A stretch of DNA of 64,000 bases. It comes from Octopus vulgaris (Eukaryota). Under the pieces are notes generated by a model, which was not told the DNA's origin, searched no databases, and was given only the letters and a program-made list of their open reading frames with translations. Where the stretch lies: positions 51,274,001-51,338,000 of the forward strand of contig OX597824.1 of the NCBI GenBank assembly GCA_951406725.2, read 5' to 3'. Below, one piece after another: positions 1 to 12,633 of the stretch; position 1 is the stretch's first letter, and each line of letters begins with the position of its first letter. The translations under genes and the position numbers were made by a program.

Positions 1-92
1 CCACGAGCCTGTTACTGGTTTGTTATGGTTGTGTAGCCCTCAGAGGGGCGATTTTCAGCCCACCAAATAATTCCGGTGGGCATTATATTTAA

Positions 93-2054
93 TTGAATCA
101 AATACAACTCAAGAAGATGGCAGATCGTGTCTTGAAAGAGTTGATAAAAAACAAAACAAACCCTCCTACGAATATGATAACGGATGAAGACTTCCCTCCC
201 CTTCGCTCCGTTACGGGCAACAGTAGAAGGGAAGGGGAGGAGGAAAAAAAACAAAACTATCGTGGTACAAAGTCCAACTAACAGTAACAACAATAGTAGC
301 AGAAACACTAACACAACAGTGACAGCAGCCACAGCAGTAGTAATAGTGATAGCAACAACAAACACGAAAAAGACGGCAACAGCAGCGGCAGTAGAGATAG
401 CGACAACAACAACAACAACGAGAGCAAAAGCGACTACATCAACAGAAACAAAACCACCACCAGCGACATCGATAAGAACAACGACAACAACAACACCAGC
501 AGCAACAACAGCAACAACATTAACAACAACAAAAACAACAGCGAGAACAATACCAATAACAATAACAAAAACACGTTCGCAGCAGCAGTAGTAGCAGAGA
601 AGAACAAACATCGCTTTACCGTAGACCTCACAAATAGAGAGCAGATACTACCACAGGCAAGGAAAGTAATAAAACAAGAGAAGACTTGGGCCAACCTGAC
701 TATCCCATCTGAAGCAATTGAAGCAGTGGAGAGAAGAACGATGCTTTTCAGATGCATCTCAGTAGATGCAGCTTTAATAGCCGAATTAGATATTGAGGCG
801 GCGCTGAGGTGCATTAGAAATGACATCGACTACAAAGCGAGGGGCAAACAATACGATATCTTTCGGTGCTGTTTAAGTCAGAAGCCCTCGCTATGAATCA
901 TTCAATGACCCCCTGCAAAATAACAAAGTCATCATGTACCCCTCCCACATAGGGAAACGTACAGCCCATGTACCCATTCCTAGAATGCCCCAGGACTAGA
1001 TATTTGGTGGCTTCTGGGATGCGTAATCGTGGAAGGGACGAATACTGTCCCGATAGAGGCGACAGGAACTGCCATGGAGGACTGGTCCAGGGTTGACCTG
1101 AAGATACTTCTCAAGATCATATCCGAAAACATAAAAAAAATCCCGGACCACTTCGGTCTCCAGATATATATCATGACTGAGGGCAAAAAGCCTCGTTGTT
1201 TCAGGTGTGGAGAAACGACTCATTTGCAAGCTCGCTGCCCCCAACTGGTACAAAGTGCATGGAGTTAAAGGCCTCCACTGCTGCCTACGCCGGGACGAGA
1301 ATCACAAGCAACATCAACACCGGCAAAACCACGAGCAATTTGTTATTGCTCGTGGTTTTCGGGGAAGCAAGGAAAATTCTCCTTCCCCACTCACACCAAA
1401 TAAAAATAGGCACATAAACAAGATTATAAACATATACACAGACACAAACACACTTACAGCAACAGACCCTTCATCTTCCAGTAGTGAAGATGAAGGAAAA
1501 CCAAAAGCCCCCCACCCCCCAAAGAAGCAAAAAAAAAAAAGAAAGCACAAAAGAAAATCTCCACAAAGCATAACAAAACCCACAATAAAAAATACGAACA
1601 CCACCAACACAAACACAGCCAACATCATCACTATCACAAGAATCCTCCCAAACGCAAACAATCTAAACAGGAACAGATACTCACACAAACATCTAAAACT
1701 GCAGACACCACAACCACAGCACACGCAGAAACAGCAGAAACAACAGGGCCATCACCACTGCAGTCAAGCAAACAAATTAAACAACATCAACACAAAAACA
1801 TCCAGCTTCGTATACATCAGAAGGGACAACTGATGTTCCTCGTAGCACAAAACACGGAATTTGAAACAGGGGTGATATTCGAATCGAACACATTTCGCGT
1901 ACCAGAAGATTTACTTCTGGTGCAAATGTTATTCGATTCCTACACAAAAATTCGAGAGAGCTTTCCGGAGGACGTGAGAACCACGAACGTGAGACTCATA
2001 TCGAGGCTCTTAAAGGGGTTCCCCCACCACCACCCCCAAAGACCCTACCAATAA
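93..2054 (+). pseudogene. LINE ORF1 (gag-like nucleic-acid-binding protein), frameshifted
   Basis: CFRCGETTHLQARC zinc knuckle near 1196-1237; N/S/Q-rich low-complexity tract at 270-600; basic KKQKKKRKHKRK tract; several frameshifts and stops. Confidence 0.75.
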
Positions 2055-2131
2055 TGGAAGTCGAACCACCCGACCTTCATAACACACCGGGAGGTAAGTA
2101 AACCTTTCTCTTCTCTCTTTAGATTGTCAAC

Positions 2132-3385
2132 ATGGCCACTCTTAGAGTAGGATTTTTTAATGTTCGAGGCCTGAGATCGCCCTGGAACCAAGGGCACCTG
2201 CTCAACGACATCTGGTCTCTAGAGTTGGATATAATTGCTGTCAGTGAGACCAGGATTTCCAATACACGCGCACTGGCTCCCATGTTCGACGACTAACAGA
2301 TCTTTGTATATGTTAGTCAGTCGGGAATGGGAGGTGGAGTGGCAGTGCTGTTTAGGAAAGAACTGGATCTCGAGGTAAAGTTGATCTTCTGGGACCTGGA
2401 CAGGAAGTGGGTGGTTTTGGACGTGAGCAATAATGAAGGTAGTGTCTTTAGACTGGTGGCAGTCTACGCTCCTACCGGAGCCCAGCGGCCACATTTCTTG
2501 AGGCGTGTGGAAGCCTTTTTAGGTACGTCTTTCCTTTTGTCTGATGCACAGACATGTGCTGAGCCTGCGACATCTCCAGATATTCTACCTAAAGGTGAAC
2601 AGGTGTGGTCGCCATTTGTCAACCATGCTTTTCCCTAGCTTGTCTCCTTGACTGAGCTGCAGTCCTGGGTCTATAAGAGACCGAGGAGGGGTGATTGGCA
2701 TCTGGAATGTTGCCAGGCACTCACTGCCCTCTACCAGGTGAGCAATGCGATCAGTGGAACATCAACTCTTGAGTTCTATAGAGGGTTAGTGGCGGGAAAG
2801 AGCGATAACGCACTTGGAGAGACGCTAGGCGTTGACGAAGTCGAACTAATCAGTCTGTTCAAGAGGACTTTCGAGCCGGGGATGACGGATAACTTCCAGA
2901 AATCCCTACCTTGACAGTGCTATCAGGGGGTACTGCCGGTTCGAGATAAACTCTACACGCACGGAAGTGCTATTAGACGGACCTGCTCGAGATGCGCGCA
3001 GAGCGACGAAACCGTTGTGCACGCAGTCGTCCAGAGTCCTTGCATTACTGACTTGTGGAGTTATTATGTTGAACAGCTGTTATCACGTGTAGGCCGGATC
3101 CGGCTATCGGACGAGTCTATAGTGAAGATCGATCTGGCGCTTTCCATCGGTCTGGAAGGGCAAGTAATTTTCCTTTGTTTGAAAGCAGCCGCGAAAGAGG
3201 ATGTATGGTGGACCAGGTTGAAAGGACTGAAGACAGACACTTTCCTCTTCGGCCAATCACTCATCAATTTTTTCAAATTTCATTTGGAAAGGAAGATGAG
3301 GATGGAGAGAGAAATGCTGCCTCCCAGTACATTTGCTAAAAGGTGGTTGAATGTAGCGAATGTAATGAATTCACCTGTAGACTAG
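2132..3385 (+). pseudogene. LINE ORF2 remnant: APE endonuclease N-terminus fused directly to the post-RT C-terminal region
   Basis: MATLRVGFFNVRGLR...DIIAVSET, GGGVAVLF and RLVAVYAP are endonuclease motifs; after about 2535 it jumps to C-terminal sequence including LPVRDKL...CSRC...ETVVHAVVQ..W; no RT motifs seen. Confidence 0.8.
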
Positions 3386-3636
3386 CGAATTTGAGAGGGA
3401 GAAGGGTGCTCTTCTCAGATGCCCTCGAAGCGTCGTGTGGTTCAGGATTGGCGGGGTACCTGAGCCAACTCCAGGTGGTTACCTTCCACCCCTATTGGGG
3501 AACTTTCATTATTATATTCTTTTGTTGGATGTCATTGTTATTGTTTTAATTGTGTAATCGTTGTTTCTGTGCAAAATCCTCACTCTCCATGTCTACTGTA
3601 TCGTCCCTATATGTCGGCCCTAGTGGCTAATAAATG

Positions 3637-3868
<232 letters not shown>

Positions 3869-4210
3869 TATTTTCTCCTTCATTGTCATCCAATAATTGT
3901 ATTTTAATCTTCTCATTTCTTTTCTTTACATTAATAATGTTTCAAACAAATTTTAATCAAAACAGAAATTTAGCGTTATAAATACGGTTTTACAAGCACA
4001 AAGGAGCTAAAATAAAGACAACTTGTGCTTCCAGAAGTATCAAATTACTTGTGTGTATTTTACTTTTGTGCATTTTGGTATGTATGCATGCATACATACA
4101 TCTACATACATGCACACAAACGCACCGACAAATGCTCGCCATGCAAATTAGCCTCTACAGATATGCCTGATTATAAGAGGTATCTGCGCAGAGAAACGAG
4201 GCCGTATTTC

Positions 4211-4251
4211 TCCTCGGATGAACGGTTAATGAAGTGTGAACCATGTCAGGG
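4211..4251 (+). ncRNA. Degenerate minimal hammerhead-like motif
   Basis: tcct-CGGATGA-acg..tgt-GAAC-cat-GTC-aggg: stem I and a GUC triplet are present but there are two core mutations. Confidence 0.35.
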
Positions 4252-4252
4252 C

Positions 4253-4647
4253 AATCACTTGACTGCGGCCATGCTGGAGCACCGCCTTTAGACGAACAAG
4301 TCGACCCCAGGACTTATTCTTTGTAAGCCTAGTGCTTATTCTATCGGTCCCTTTTGCTGAACCGCTAAGTTACGGGGACGTAAACACACCAGCATCGGTT
4401 GTCAAGCGATGTTGGGGGGACAAACACAGACATACAAATATATACAGACACACATACACACACACACGCACACACACACATATATATATACATACATACG
4501 ACGGGCTTCTTTCAGTTTCCGGCTACTAAATCCACTCACAAAGCTTTGGTCGGCCCGAGGCTATAGTAGAAGACACTTGCCCAAGGTTCCACGCAATGGG
4601 ACTGAAACTGGAACCATGTGGTTGGTTAGCAAGCTACTTACCACACA
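4253..4647 (-). mobile_element. tRNA-derived SINE family A (CORE-like domain, internal TA/CA microsatellite)
   Basis: B-box-like GTTTCAGTCCC, CORE-like accttgggcaagtgtctt, and a 3' part ggcggtgctccagcatggccgcagtc shared with more than 8 copies in the window. Confidence 0.85.
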
Positions 4648-4794
4648 CATTTATACACATATATATTATATTACATTATATATATTTATGTGTATATATA
4701 CAAGCACACACATACAAACGCATACACATACAAATCCTACACACACGCACACATACATACATAAAGACACATACGCATATGTGTCTAATAAACC

Positions 4795-4833
<39 letters not shown>

Positions 4834-5204
4834 AAGCTGCATGCTTTTAAACGAGCAGTAGAGATAGCCGGTAAAATTACAACCTTTCACAAATTCTCTT
4901 ATATTTTAATTAGACACTCGCACGACACAGACACGCACACTTATATCCGTTCAAATCTGCATTTCTCATACATATGCACCTATATATGATCCTAAAACAC
5001 ATACAGGGATATCTAAATATATAATCACACGAACTCTAGTTGTTGAGCGCATATTTTTCAAACAAGTTTATTTATAGAATAACATACACTATACATGCAT
5101 CCACCAGCACTGATATTTTTATATAGAAACACGCAACTAAACACACACACACACATACACACACACACATATACACAAACACACACACATACAAACATAG
5201 AGAG

Positions 5205-5268
<64 letters not shown>

Positions 5269-5769
5269 GTGTGTGTGTGTGCGTGTGTGTATCGGCCCCC
5301 GCTGTGTTGTTCTTGACTAATAGAATCATGATATCGCTGGAAACTCACATACATGAGAATACATGAATCCGCTTATGTACACGTTTCATCGAGCAAACTT
5401 CTTCAATTGCTTATGAAAACCAATACAATGGCTGTTGTGTAACAAAGAGGCAGATTTGAACGTCTTATGTTGAACAATTATTTATTGTATGTTAGTCCAA
5501 ACATAACAAGAACCGGATGGTTGGGTCGAGTTGGGTTGGGTCACGGAAAATAGATGATTGGAGAGTAGGTTGGTGAGTAAATAAAAGAGAAAAAGAGGAG
5601 CTAAATAAAGCGAGGAAATAAGATTGCATGACAGAAATAAGGTGAGTATGAGGCGGGGGAGAGTGATAAAAAGGAGAGGAATACGAAGATGAAACACAGA
5701 AAGGGCGGCATAGATTTCTCCCATACAAAACCATAAATTCGTGGAAGAGTCCTATAACCAATTGATCTT

Positions 5770-5993
5770 ATATTGGGTTCAAATTTTGGCACAAGGCTAG
5801 CAATTTTGACGAAAGGAGTAAGTTGATTATATCGAACCACAGTGCTTAACTGCTACTTATTTTATCCACGCTGTCTTCGAGAGGATGAAAGCAAAGTCGA
5901 TCTCGGCGGAATTTGAAGTCAGAACGTAACACGTGAAGAAATGCCGCTAAGCATTTTGCTCGGCGTGATAACGATTCTACCAGCTCCCCGCCT
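5770..5993 (-). mobile_element. tRNA-derived SINE family B (Meta-domain-like)
   Basis: Reverse complement of the ggcggggagctggtagaatcgtt...caaattccgccgag..ctttcatcct consensus also seen at 7319 and 26008. Confidence 0.8.
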
Positions 5994-6668
5994 CTAATTG
6001 ATTCAACTTAATGTATTCCTGATATTAGTCTTATTGAACTCCGAAGGAATCTAAGGTAAATTTGGCCTCCGATTTGAACTCAGAGTATCGGGTGATAGTG
6101 ACAATTTCTTTTTTTAAATACCTGATCCAACGAGTTAACCATTCTTACTAACTCAACTACCCTACGGACAGAAGGGGGCAAAAATTTAAAAGAAAAGGAT
6201 ATCAGTAACAAAGAGATAAGAGAATAAATCCTTCCACGATCTCATTCTCTCTTTCGCTGTCTGTCTATCTGCCTGTATCTGTCTCTCTATCATTTGGTTT
6301 CATTACTCTTTAAGCTACGTGAGCTCTAACAATAAGACCAGCTTTTGGATTCAAAATAAAAAAAAGCAACAATAAATAAATAAATAGAAGTTTTTGTTAC
6401 AACGATTCGAAGAACAAAAGAAAAAAATCTCATCAAAATAAAGTGTGAAGAGACTTTAGAAATTATTCGTAAATTTTGTGATGTTTAGAGATGGACTTGG
6501 AAATTTGTTTTCACTGCGCACATCAGACTTGTTTTTGTTTGCTGTTGTTATTGTCGCTGTCTTTCGTACAGGCATAAGACCCTCCCTCTATAATATTGTA
6601 CACGAGGAATTCAAATACATAGAACACGCACAAAACTAGTCACATTAGAGATCTCAATGATGGATTTC

Positions 6669-6728
<60 letters not shown>

Positions 6729-6770
6729 TATATAGGTATGTATGTATGTATGTATATATATATATATATA

Positions 6771-7063
6771 CTAGCAGTATCGCCCGGCGTTGCTCGGGTT
6801 TGTCAGGGAAATAACTATATAAGCATTTTTAGAGAGTTATAGCCAAAAAAATAGCAAAAAATGCATTAAAAATGGAAAAAAAATTATGGTAATTTTTTTA
6901 AAAATCGTTGACTCATCGTAGACGCGCGCTAATACCCAGAAGGGCTCGATATGAATCACGACTATAAGATACCCGGTTTTGGTTAAACTGCACCGCAAAA
7001 TGTGGGAGTATTTAGGAATCTAAATCGTAGGAGACAGACACACAACTTCACTTTTATATATAA

Positions 7064-7066
<3 letters not shown>
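6771..7066 (-). mobile_element. Non-autonomous Helitron
   Basis: Minus strand begins TC(tttatatata) and ends with hairpin cccgagcaacgccggg followed by CTAG, inserted between A and T inside (TA)n; homologous copy at 43606-44117. Confidence 0.85.
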
Positions 7067-7112
<46 letters not shown>

Positions 7113-7118
<6 letters not shown>

Positions 7119-7889
7119 GAAATGAGGTACTCAGAAATTCGGATGGTTTTATATTTACAGATATTTATTTGTATATTACATGTTTTTATACATCATATAA
7201 CTTAGATCATATATTATATATTAGCGCTTTCTCCCATTCTAGTGGGGTTTTCAAATCGAACTAAGTTTTGACCATTTTATAGTGTTACTGTGTAGTGGTA
7301 GGGAGGGATATAAGATAGCGAGCTGGCAGAAACGTTAGCACGCTGGGCGAAATGCGTAGCCGTATTTCGTCTGCCGCTACGTTCTGAGTTCAAATTCCGC
7401 CGAGGTCGACTTTGCCTTTCATCCTTTCGGGGTCGATAAATTAAGTACGAGTTACGCACTGGGGTCGATATAATCGACTTAATCCGTTTGTCTGTCCTTG
7501 TTTGTCCTCTCTGTGTTTAGCTCCTTGTGGGTAGTAAAGAAGAAAAAAAATAAGATAGTAAAAGAGGGTAATGAATGGGGAGAGAGAGAGAGAGAGAGCA
7601 TGTGTGTGTGTGTGCGTGTGTGTGTGTTTTTGTATTTGGAAGAAGTATTAAAGAAAAAGAGGGGAAGGGAGAAAAGGGAGTGAGGGAAGAAGAAGAAAAT
7701 GTTTTGCTGGTTCCTTTTGTAGTTGGTCAGGATGTTTACTCCAAGGGGGGGTCTAAGATCTTGGGGAAAAGAATTTAAGTTTTGACCATTTTATAGTGTT
7801 ATTGAGTGTGTAGTGGCGGGGAGGGATATAAGATAGTACAAGAGGGTGATGAATGGGGAGAAAGTGAGAGAGAGCATATGTGTGTGTGC

Positions 7890-7895
<6 letters not shown>
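7113..7895. repeat. Non-coding element with partial tandem duplication (7262-7620 vs 7776-7895), flanked by (TA)n
   Basis: taagttttgaccattttatagtgtt...gggagggatataagatagta..gaggg occurs twice; the first copy is interrupted by a SINE. Confidence 0.7.
7319..7549 (+). mobile_element. SINE family B with 9-bp TSD
   Basis: A/B-box head, gtcgactttgcctttcatcctttcggggtcgat body, A-rich tail; TSD ATAAGATAG at 7310-7318 and 7550-7558. Confidence 0.9.
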
Positions 7896-7932
<37 letters not shown>

Positions 7933-9073
7933 GGCTACCCCCTCGTTATTGAGCATGGCCATTGCACGAAGCTTAACTGTTACAGGTGCTGTGACCGAAT
8001 GTGACTTTTTAGCCCAGCTAAAGATCTACAATGTATTGTAGAGAATTGGCAACTAAAACATTTACCGGTAATAGCCGGCTGTTGTTGTAAATGGGCTTCA
8101 TGTACCTTTGCATGTCGTTTAAGTCCTCCTGCCGAATTACACTCTCTTCCACATGCCCGACAGATATGATTAGTATGGTGTGTTACACCACCACAAGTGG
8201 CCAGGTTGTCACTCATCTGTCTCGCTTTATGACTACGAAGATGGCTCTTGAGTCCAGCTTTACTGAGGTAGGGTCTTGCACATACACTGCATCTCAACAT
8301 CATAGGAAGACCCCTCCCATTTGGAAGTGTAACAGCGATGCCCTTCCTGACACCCCTCCTTACTTTCTCAAGTGCCACTCGAGATTTCTCAAAAGTGGCT
8401 GTCCCCTCGTGCACAATCCTTCTCCACCTGCTACGATCAATAGCTATGACTTCCCATGTGTCAGGAGTGATGTAAGCATCTCTTAAGGAAGCTTTCAGCA
8501 AGTCCTTATACCTCCTTTTTGGTTTATGTGGAGGTCGTTCTCCTTTAGCTAACTCTCCATAAAAGAGTTGTTTTGGCATCCTTGAATCCTTCATCCTGGC
8601 CATTAGACCGCTCCATCTGAGCCTTTGCTTTCACACCGAGAGCCTTCCAATATTTCAAGATCACTGATGCGGTCCTTCCACTTAATGCCATAGATCCGTC
8701 TGAGACACATCTGATGGAAACGTTCCAGTTGTTTAAGGTGGTATCGATATGTGACCCACGTCTCGCAGGCATAGAGAAGAGAAGGGAGCACATATGTCTT
8801 GTACACCTTTATCTTTGTCTTTCTGCATATGTCTCACCGACTCCAGAGGCGCTTTTCTAGCCTTCCGAAAGCAACACTTGTTTTCCTAATTCTATATGGA
8901 ATTTCATCATCCAAATCGCTATATGTATTAATAGTGCTTCCCAGGTAGATAAACTGATCAACTACATCAAGTCGTTTACCATACACATAGATATTTGGTA
9001 CACTATATTGCTTACCAGGGGCAGGTTGATGCATGACAACAGTTTTCTTGAGATTGACTGTCAATCCTAAGGC

Positions 9074-9214
9074 AGTGTGTGTGTGTGTGTGTGTGTATGT
9101 GTATCGGCCCCCGCTGTATTGTTATTGACTAATAGAATCATGATATCGCTGGAAACTCACATACATGAGAATACATGAATCCGCTTATGTACACGTTTCA
9201 TCGAGCAAACTTCT
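9074..9214 (+). repeat. About 140-bp copy of 5270-5403 inserted in the RTE RT region
   Basis: (gt)n atcggcccccgctgt...gactaatagaatcatgatatcgctggaaactcac...gagcaaacttctt is near-identical at both sites. Confidence 0.9.
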
Positions 9215-9901
9215 TTCAAAATGTGTTGCATATCAATCTCTGTGTATGCTACTAGCTCACAATCATTTGCATACAAAAGGTCTATCATGATAGAGGTAAA
9301 TACCTTTGTTTTCGCAGCAAAGCGCCTGATAGTAAATATGCTGCCAGAGGTTTGATAATGGATGTAAACACCGTATCTGCAGTTTCTAAATACAATTCAG
9401 AACACCATCGCAAAATATATGGCAAATAGGGTCGGTGCCAGAATATTCCCCTGTTTCACTCCATTTTGTATTGAAATGGGCTCCGACATTTTCCCTCTAA
9501 CATTCACCCTACCATTCATGTCTTCATGAAAAGACCTAACCAAAGCAAGTAACTTTTCAGGACACACAAGTTTCTGGAAGACTTTCCACAATGCTTTTCT
9601 ATTGACGGTATCAAAGGCTTTCGTCAGATCGACAAAAACCTGATACAAATCGAGACCCTGTTCCACACACTTCTCCTGAAGCTGTCTAGCTGAAAAAATC
9701 ATATCAGTAGTGCACGTCCCACACGAAAGCCAGATTGACTTTCTGGAAGAACACAGTCTGCAACGTATTTCAGCAGACGATCCGGAAGTACCCTGCATAA
9801 AACCTTTCCTACGACAGACAGCAATGATACTCCCCTATAATTACCACAATCATTCCTGTTGTCCTTTCCCTTATACAGGACCACCATTACTGTATCTCTC
9901 C

Positions 9902-9970
9902 AGTCCTCAGGTACAGATTCACTAGTCCTCAGGTACAGATTCACTAGTCCTCAGGTACAGATTCACTAGT
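9902..9970. repeat. 22-bp tandem triplication inside the RTE ORF
   Basis: agtcctcaggtacagattcact x3. Confidence 0.95.
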
Positions 9971-12259
9971 ACCAAACAAAGAATGAAGTTTCTGCAGAAG
10001 TTTCCCACCACCATTATGTAACAACTCCGCATGTATGCCATCCATACCCGGAGACTTCCCATTATTCAACCTTGAGATAGCCATTGCAACTTCTTCCAAC
10101 TTTGGTGGTTCTGCGAGTTCTGCATTCACAGGTAATCCAGGGATGAGATTGAGAACATCCTCACTAACTACAGACTGCTGATTCAAAAGTTCATCAAAGT
10201 GTTCTTGCCACCTTCGCAGAATTCCTTGTGAATCACGAAGTTCTTTACCATCCCTGCTTCGGAGTGGTGTCATCAGGGAAGACGTCGGTCCATAAACTTC
10301 TCGCAAGAGACCATACAACAGCTTTGTGTTATTGGAATCTGATGCCGCCTGTATCTAATCGGCCTTCTTACTCCACCACGTATCCCTCATCTCTGAGAGC
10401 CTTTGCCTCACACGTGATTTTACGTCCTTGAGTTCCCTATGGAACACTTGCCTTTCCTGTGGCTTTGCTGACAAATAGCGTGACAAAGTACGTCTTTTAT
10501 CAGCCAATAAATCAACTATATGTTCATCATTTTCTTTAAACCAATCTTGATGCTTTCTTTGTATCAATCCCAGAACTTTCTTGCCTATATCATAAACTGA
10601 CTTTTTAAGGGTCGGCCAATCCTCCCCAATATCTGCAGCATTCATTTCCTCTCGTAAAGTTCTCTTCACACTATTACACCTAAAACGATCAACATTCAGT
10701 CTTTTAGGCAGGGTAATCCCTGCAGCTCGGATTTTATGTTTTGTGACTAATTTCACTTTTGCACGTACTAGGCTCCACGAAGAACACAAACACTGCACAT
10801 CCTGTCTGTCACGCACCCTAACAAGGACGTAATCCAGAATATGCCATTCTTTAGATGTGGGGTGCATCCATGTAGTCTTAAACTTATTATTTTGTTGAAA
10901 CGTGGTATTGGTAACACACAGACGCAGCTCCTCACACATCTGCAGCAAAAGCATGCCATTACTATTACACTTTCGCACCCCATGCTTTCCAATTACAGTC
11001 CATGTGTTAAAATCCCTACCCACTCTAGCATTAAAGTCACCCAGTACGATGACTTTGTCTGCCCGAGGGATATTTCTTATAATGCCCTTCAAAGCATGGT
11101 AGAAAGAAAGTTTTTCGTCATCAGTATAGCACATAGTTGGAGCATACACACTCACCAAAGTCATATAATTTCCTTTAACCAATGGAATTCTCATGGACAT
11201 AAGACGCTCGTTAATTCCGACTGGGAATTCTTCCAACTTGTCCACAAGAGTAGTCTTAACAGCAAATGCCACTCCAGCTTCTCCTTTAAACTCTTCATTC
11301 CTCCCTTTCCAAAAGAATGTATATTTTCCTCAAGATTCTGTAAGATGACCATCTCCAGGTAATTTCGTCTCAGATAAAGCAACGATGTCAAGATCATAGC
11401 GTTGAAGCTCCTTCGCAACAAGCGCAGTCCTTCTTTCAGGACATTCAGAGGACTTGCGGTCAAGCAGTGTCCGTACATTCCAACAGCCAATATTCAATAT
11501 TTTCTTTGGTTCTATCCCAGTAGCATGATGACGGCTGGGTTCAGACTGTGATGCTCTGGAGCCCCTTCCGGGCCAGACTCCTTCAGCTGATGTGGTTCCA
11601 GAGTCCTTACTGCCATTTATTTTTATACTGTTGTGGTACATCATTGATTTTTTGCTTTTCAAGGCTACAGCCAGCCATTCAGTTGAGACTCACAGCGCTA
11701 TCAACAATCATGAATTAGTTAATTAATTTAATCAATCAATCAATGTTGTTATCGTGCAATGCCCGTGCAAGAAGATTTTTTTTAAAGTGAGGAAAGGATG
11801 TGCACTGAGTCAATCCCACTCACCAAGCAACAGCAGCCATAATCCGAAAAGAAGAACAAGTCAACATCATCGGTAAACACTGAGCCGCAGGTTTTCTGTC
11901 GGAGTTATCCCAGTTACCTGAGTTACCTTCTCCTCGAAGGATGCCCTAACGAGGCTAGGAGTCCTTCATTCCCAATGGTTTAACCGCCCGATCGGATATT
12001 CAGTCCGATTATTTCTATGTCCCCGCGCATGATACAGCCTTAAGACATTTATTGGATGGTCGTTGACTCTCAAGAGTTCCTCCGCCCTTTGACGGATTTT
12101 GTTTTTCATCCCGCATGGTGTCCAATAAACACCCTCCTCACCAAGCAAGCTTGGTGGGGTTGCCGGTTTAGTCGCCGACGACCCGACCATGCAACAGGTT
12201 GTACTGGGTTACATGTTACCAGTAGCACTCGAAAGTGACCTGACACACACAATATATAT

Positions 12260-12332
<73 letters not shown>

Positions 12333-12435
12333 CATATATGAATACATATATATATATATATGTATATATATGTATATATATATATATACACATATATATA
12401 TATGTATGTATATATATTATATATATATATACAAT

Positions 12436-12469
<34 letters not shown>

Positions 12470-12474
12470 GTATG

Positions 12475-12507
<33 letters not shown>

Positions 12508-12516
12508 GTATGTATG

Positions 12517-12574
<58 letters not shown>

Positions 12575-12633
12575 ATATTAATTCGAGACAAAACCACTAT
12601 TTTGCAAAACAAACAAGGAAAGACTTAATCAAT

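Larger units (their letters stand above)
7980..11662 (-). pseudogene. RTE ORF (endonuclease, reverse transcriptase, three C2H2 zinc fingers), frameshifted
   Basis: IGCWNVRTL, DIVALSET, SVYAPT, VLGDFNARVG, HILDYVL (APE); NYRGVSLLS, PESQSGFR, FVDLTKAFDTVNR, GVKQGNILAPTLF, YLGS (RT); R.PKQLFYGEL; three CxxC..H..H-type fingers at about 7985-8295. Confidence 0.92.
7929..12243 (-). mobile_element. Near full-length, decayed RTE-clade LINE
   Basis: Long 5' UTR, APE endonuclease, RT and C-terminal domain in order on the minus strand; short 3' UTR abutting (TA)n. Confidence 0.92.

Noticed and set aside
12-826. Minus-strand hydrophobic ORFs resembling membrane proteins
   Set aside because: They are antisense to the low-complexity CAA/CAG-rich part of LINE ORF1.
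9902-9970. Short direct repeats as a CRISPR array
   Set aside because: No spacers; it is a simple tandem triplication in a eukaryotic LINE.
12113-12195. HDV-like ribozyme at the RTE 5' end
   Set aside because: A P1-like helix exists, but P3/L3, P1.1 and the catalytic J4/2 could not be fitted.
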